This document shows positions 60,797 through 64,000 of a stretch of DNA of 64,000 nucleotides, in pieces; the first letter of the stretch is position 1; each line of letters starts with the position of its first letter. Source of the DNA: Schmidtea polychroa (lineage: Eukaryota). A model generated the notes under the pieces. That model searched no databases and had not been told where the DNA came from. It saw only the letters and a list, made by a program, of their open reading frames with translations. The stretch spans positions 120,878,397 through 120,942,396 of the forward strand of contig CM097887.1 of NCBI GenBank assembly GCA_044892525.1. The letters are read 5' to 3'. Both the position numbers and the translations under genes were made by a program.

Positions 60797-61739
60797 CTCA
60801 AGCCGGACAAATCAAAACAATTATCATTACAATTTGATTACTGACTTATGTACATTAGTTATTTATCGGACTATTATTTTATGACAATTATTATTACGGT
60901 GTTTTATATTATTTTATCAATGTATCTTATTTATTTTATGGATTTTATGTTTGATATTTCATGTAAATAAAACATAGTATGGGGATTAATTAAATAATTA
61001 ATATCAGTATAGCTACAAAATACATAATATTGAAAATAATAAAAATATAAGTGGACACTTTAAATAATTGAAAAACATATGTTTTAAAATCATAGGAGCA
61101 TGAGTGGTTCTCGAGTCGTGGGAACATAATAATAATTAATAGCAATAATAATAATTTTAGTAATAATAATAATTTTAATTTTTTTATCACAAATTTTTAG
61201 CAATCATAAATAATTTTAATATTTTAATTTTTAGCAATCATAAATAATTTTAATATTTTATCACATAACAATAATCAATTTTGTAGCAATTATTTAATAA
61301 GCATGTATATAAAAATATATTAATTTCTTAATTATATTTCACTTCTTAAGTACACTTGAAAAATATAACAATTTAATTTCATATACAAAAAAAGTATAAA
61401 TAGCGAGTCAAAATTCATTTTTTTCGCCCCAAAATTTTAACCGCGTTAACATACTAAAAAGGTTAATCCTTATTAGTGCTAAAACTCGAACAGACAAACA
61501 GAAACGTTCAAAAGCCTACACGCAACACAGCAAGAGAATACATAACATTCACACAGTACATACAAGCATATTCGGTTGGATATTTGAAGGATTTTTGGAT
61601 TTTTGTAACCTAGCAACAAATTCATATTGGTAAATTTTTCTTTATAATAAAAGTTTTATAAATCACTTTGTCTTTTGATATATTTGTACATATATAAGAA
61701 CCAGTAAGTTGAGTGTTCCCGAATATCGAGACCTCAACA
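60693..61739 (+). repeat. 3' LTR of element B
   Basis: See the 5' LTR; followed by the GTTC TSD. Confidence 0.97.
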
Positions 61740-62083
61740 GTTCAAAACCCAAAAAACTATATAAGTAGCTACCTCAGCAGACATTTTCATCTTTCAATTC
61801 AATTTTTCATAGGTGTTCAATAGCGGAATCCTTAATTTCAATTTTCAATAGAGATTTTAACAGAGAAATCTAGTAAAATGATTACAGCAATTTTATTCAG
61901 TTAGGAAAATTCTTGGAATACTAATTAATTTTAATTTTTTTCTATATGTTGTAAAGTACTAAATGTCTTAAACATATTCCAATGTATAGTAATGTATACT
62001 AACTTAATCATTCATTAAAAATTTTTTTGATCATTTGCTTTTACTCTTTCCATTTATATCTATGGTAAATTATGAGCTCAATG

Positions 62084-62236
62084 CGCGTCTGTGTGCGCGT
62101 TGTATTGTGTGATTGGTTTGTGTGCGCACACAAACGCGAGCAATGTCATTTTTTGTGTTGGGTTGTTAGTTTATCTCGCGTCTGTGTGCGCTATTCTTTT
62201 CTTTGTTTTTGGCTTGTGTGCGCACACAGACGCGAG
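62084..62236. repeat. Tandem pair of GC-rich inverted repeats
   Basis: Perfect 17-bp arms CTCGCGTCTGTGTGCGC / GCGCACACAGACGCGAG (62175-62191, 62220-62236); a 14/15 copy at 62084-62138. Confidence 0.85.
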
Positions 62237-62465
62237 CAAGAGAAGTTAATTAGATTTATTGATTGTTTTTGATGAGTTATGTTTCGATTTAAGGGAGTCG
62301 AATAATTTGGTTTTCTAAGGATTTTTCGGATAGAAGATGGCTGCTTTTAATGAAGAAATGGAAGTGGGAAATGCTACCAACGAAACTGATGGTTCCTTTT
62401 TTATGACCCCAAGAGATCCTGATAATGTTAATGGTGTTTTTGGCCAACTAATATTAAATTTATTT

Positions 62466-62850
62466 TGTGGATGGATTTCCGTTGGTATTCGATGCAATAA
62501 TTGTGATGAAGTAGTTACATAAAGAAAGGTTACAGATAAAATGATTGAGAAGAGTTCAGCTACAAGGTTGTTTAATATTACTGAAAGTCCTGGAGGGGTC
62601 ATGACTGGTATGATCCCTGATTATCGATCTCAAGTATGTCGTGCACAAATGGAAGCAGCTCGATTTAGATATAAACATGGATATGAAATGCCTTGTGACA
62701 TAATATGTCGTTCTATTGCGGATATTAATCAGCTTTATTCCCAATCAACTGAGATGCGACCATTAGGTTGTTCAATGATGGCATTATCTTATGGTATTGA
62801 AATGGACAAACTGTTGTTATTCAAAACTGGCTCTGTGGATGGAAATAAAA
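62466..62850 (+). pseudogene. PSMA6: Proteasome subunit alpha type-6 fragment with an in-frame stop
   Basis: SVGIRCNNCDEVVT*RKVTDKM..RLFNITESPGGVMTGMIPDYRSQV..YKHGYEMPCDIICRSIADINQLYSQSTEMRPLGCSM matches alpha-1/PSMA6; both termini are missing. Confidence 0.88.
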
Positions 62851-63219
62851 TTATTATTCGTTATCTTGAATTTAAACAATCTATAAATTTAACTTTAGAA
62901 ATACATTGAAATATTTTGATTTTTATGGCAGTAGTGATTTTTATATTTTTATGCAGAAACTTGAGTGGTGCACTATTCAAGGGCAAAGGGAGACTTACCT
63001 TAGGAACTAGGCATTTTGTCAAGACGATTCAGTGATAGCTCGTAGGCCCTTTATGGGTCAAGTCGCTTAGGTTTTCATTATGAATTATAAATTACTAAGA
63101 TTGAATTTTTATTAGTAAAGACAAAGAAGGTAGTTTTATTTGAGAACATATAAGCAGAAATGTATCGTTGTAAATGTAATCTTGCCAGGCGTATGGTGTG
63201 TTTTAAATCTTTCTAGAAG

Positions 63220-63870
63220 ATGCCTACACCAGTTGCTCTTAAGCCAGTATTAAAACCATGCTTCTGCTGCGCGGATAAAAATATGCAATTAAGCAAATGT
63301 CACAAAGAAATTTGGCTATTGAGGCTAAAAATCAAACATTTGGAGAAGACTTGGTTTATCCCCTCCAAATGAAGGAAGCAAACAAGAAGCTCCTTCACGT
63401 AGAGCATTGTCGCGATAATTTGCTGGAGGAAAATCGAACGCACCGAACTCACATCAAAGAACAATCGAAAACCTTGTGCCAAGTCTTCACGGACAAGGAG
63501 ATCAAATGACGAATTCGGGAGCTTCCCGTCGTAGACGCGGGGAATATCTTTCCCGCTCATCATCTAGCGGAAAAGCCTACTATCTCTGTAGGTCAGGCCT
63601 GTGCAGGTCACTCAATGCCTATGAGAACTCCAACCGTATCGGTTGTCATTATTACGAGTAACAGTTCTGCTCCTGCCCATCCACCTAAAAAGTGCAATGC
63701 CAGAGTCTCGTCATTTTGATCAGATAGGCGCGGGTTGAGACTCTGTCCGGTTCAGAGCAGACAAAAAGAAACCGCCTTCAACAGGCCAAAACCGATGCTC
63801 GGGCAGCCGTCCTGGGTATGCCTGCCCCGCCAGCGCGAATCATTCCACCCGTAGCTCTACCATGGGATGA
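63220..63870 (+). pseudogene. Unknown repeat-borne ORF family, copy 3 (degraded)
   Basis: MPTPVALKPVLKPCFCCADKN..TWFIP/QMKEANKKLLHVEHCRDNLLEENR..IKEQS..*RIRELPVVDAGNIFPAHH. Confidence 0.78.
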
Positions 63871-64000
63871 GGTAGTAAACACCGCAATTTAGCAGTGATC
63901 ATAGACCCAATGAGTAAAGACAGCCTCTCACTACATTATGATAATGCCATCAACCTCTTAGACACCATTCTTAGCCTCCAAAATATCGTCAGCCAAGTCA

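Larger units (their letters stand above)
55565..61739 (+). mobile_element. Complete 6,175-bp non-autonomous (pol-less) Ty3/gypsy-derived LTR element (element B)
   Basis: Two 1,047-bp TGTTG..CAACA LTRs, GTTC TSD (55561-55564, 61740-61743), PBS, PPT and gag; no protease, RT, RNase H or IN motifs. Confidence 0.95.

Overview
AT-rich eukaryotic (metazoan) DNA made almost entirely of transposable elements, with three N-gaps. No intact host gene, rRNA, tRNA gene or CRISPR array was recognised. The base composition, abundant (AAT)n tracts and TE spectrum would fit a flatworm such as a planarian, but that is inference only. Two unusual LTR elements dominate. (A) Positions 1 to about 13,000 hold the 3' half of a giant Ty3/gypsy element. 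Its integrase continues, across a 1-nt frameshift, into about 800 aa of ankyrin-repeat protein. Six further same-strand intronless ORFs follow, including a complete TRAF (RING, zf-TRAF, coiled coil, MATH), two membrane proteins and three coiled-coil proteins. The spacers between them are packed with TGTAHATA motifs, AATAAA signals and AG-ATG starts. (B) Positions 55,565-61,739 hold a complete, very young, pol-less LTR element with apparently identical 1,047-bp LTRs, a GTTC target-site duplication, a PBS and a PPT. It encodes Gag with a CCHC knuckle, a ubiquitin-like domain and an AT-hook, plus a REX4/ISG20-like DEDDh exonuclease fold with degraded catalytic residues whose ORF runs into the 3' LTR. 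The remainder comprises two TSD-flanked hAT elements, MULE, piggyBac, Merlin and Tc1/mariner relics, solo LTR fragments, satellites, three copies of an unknown ORF family and a PSMA6 pseudogene fragment.
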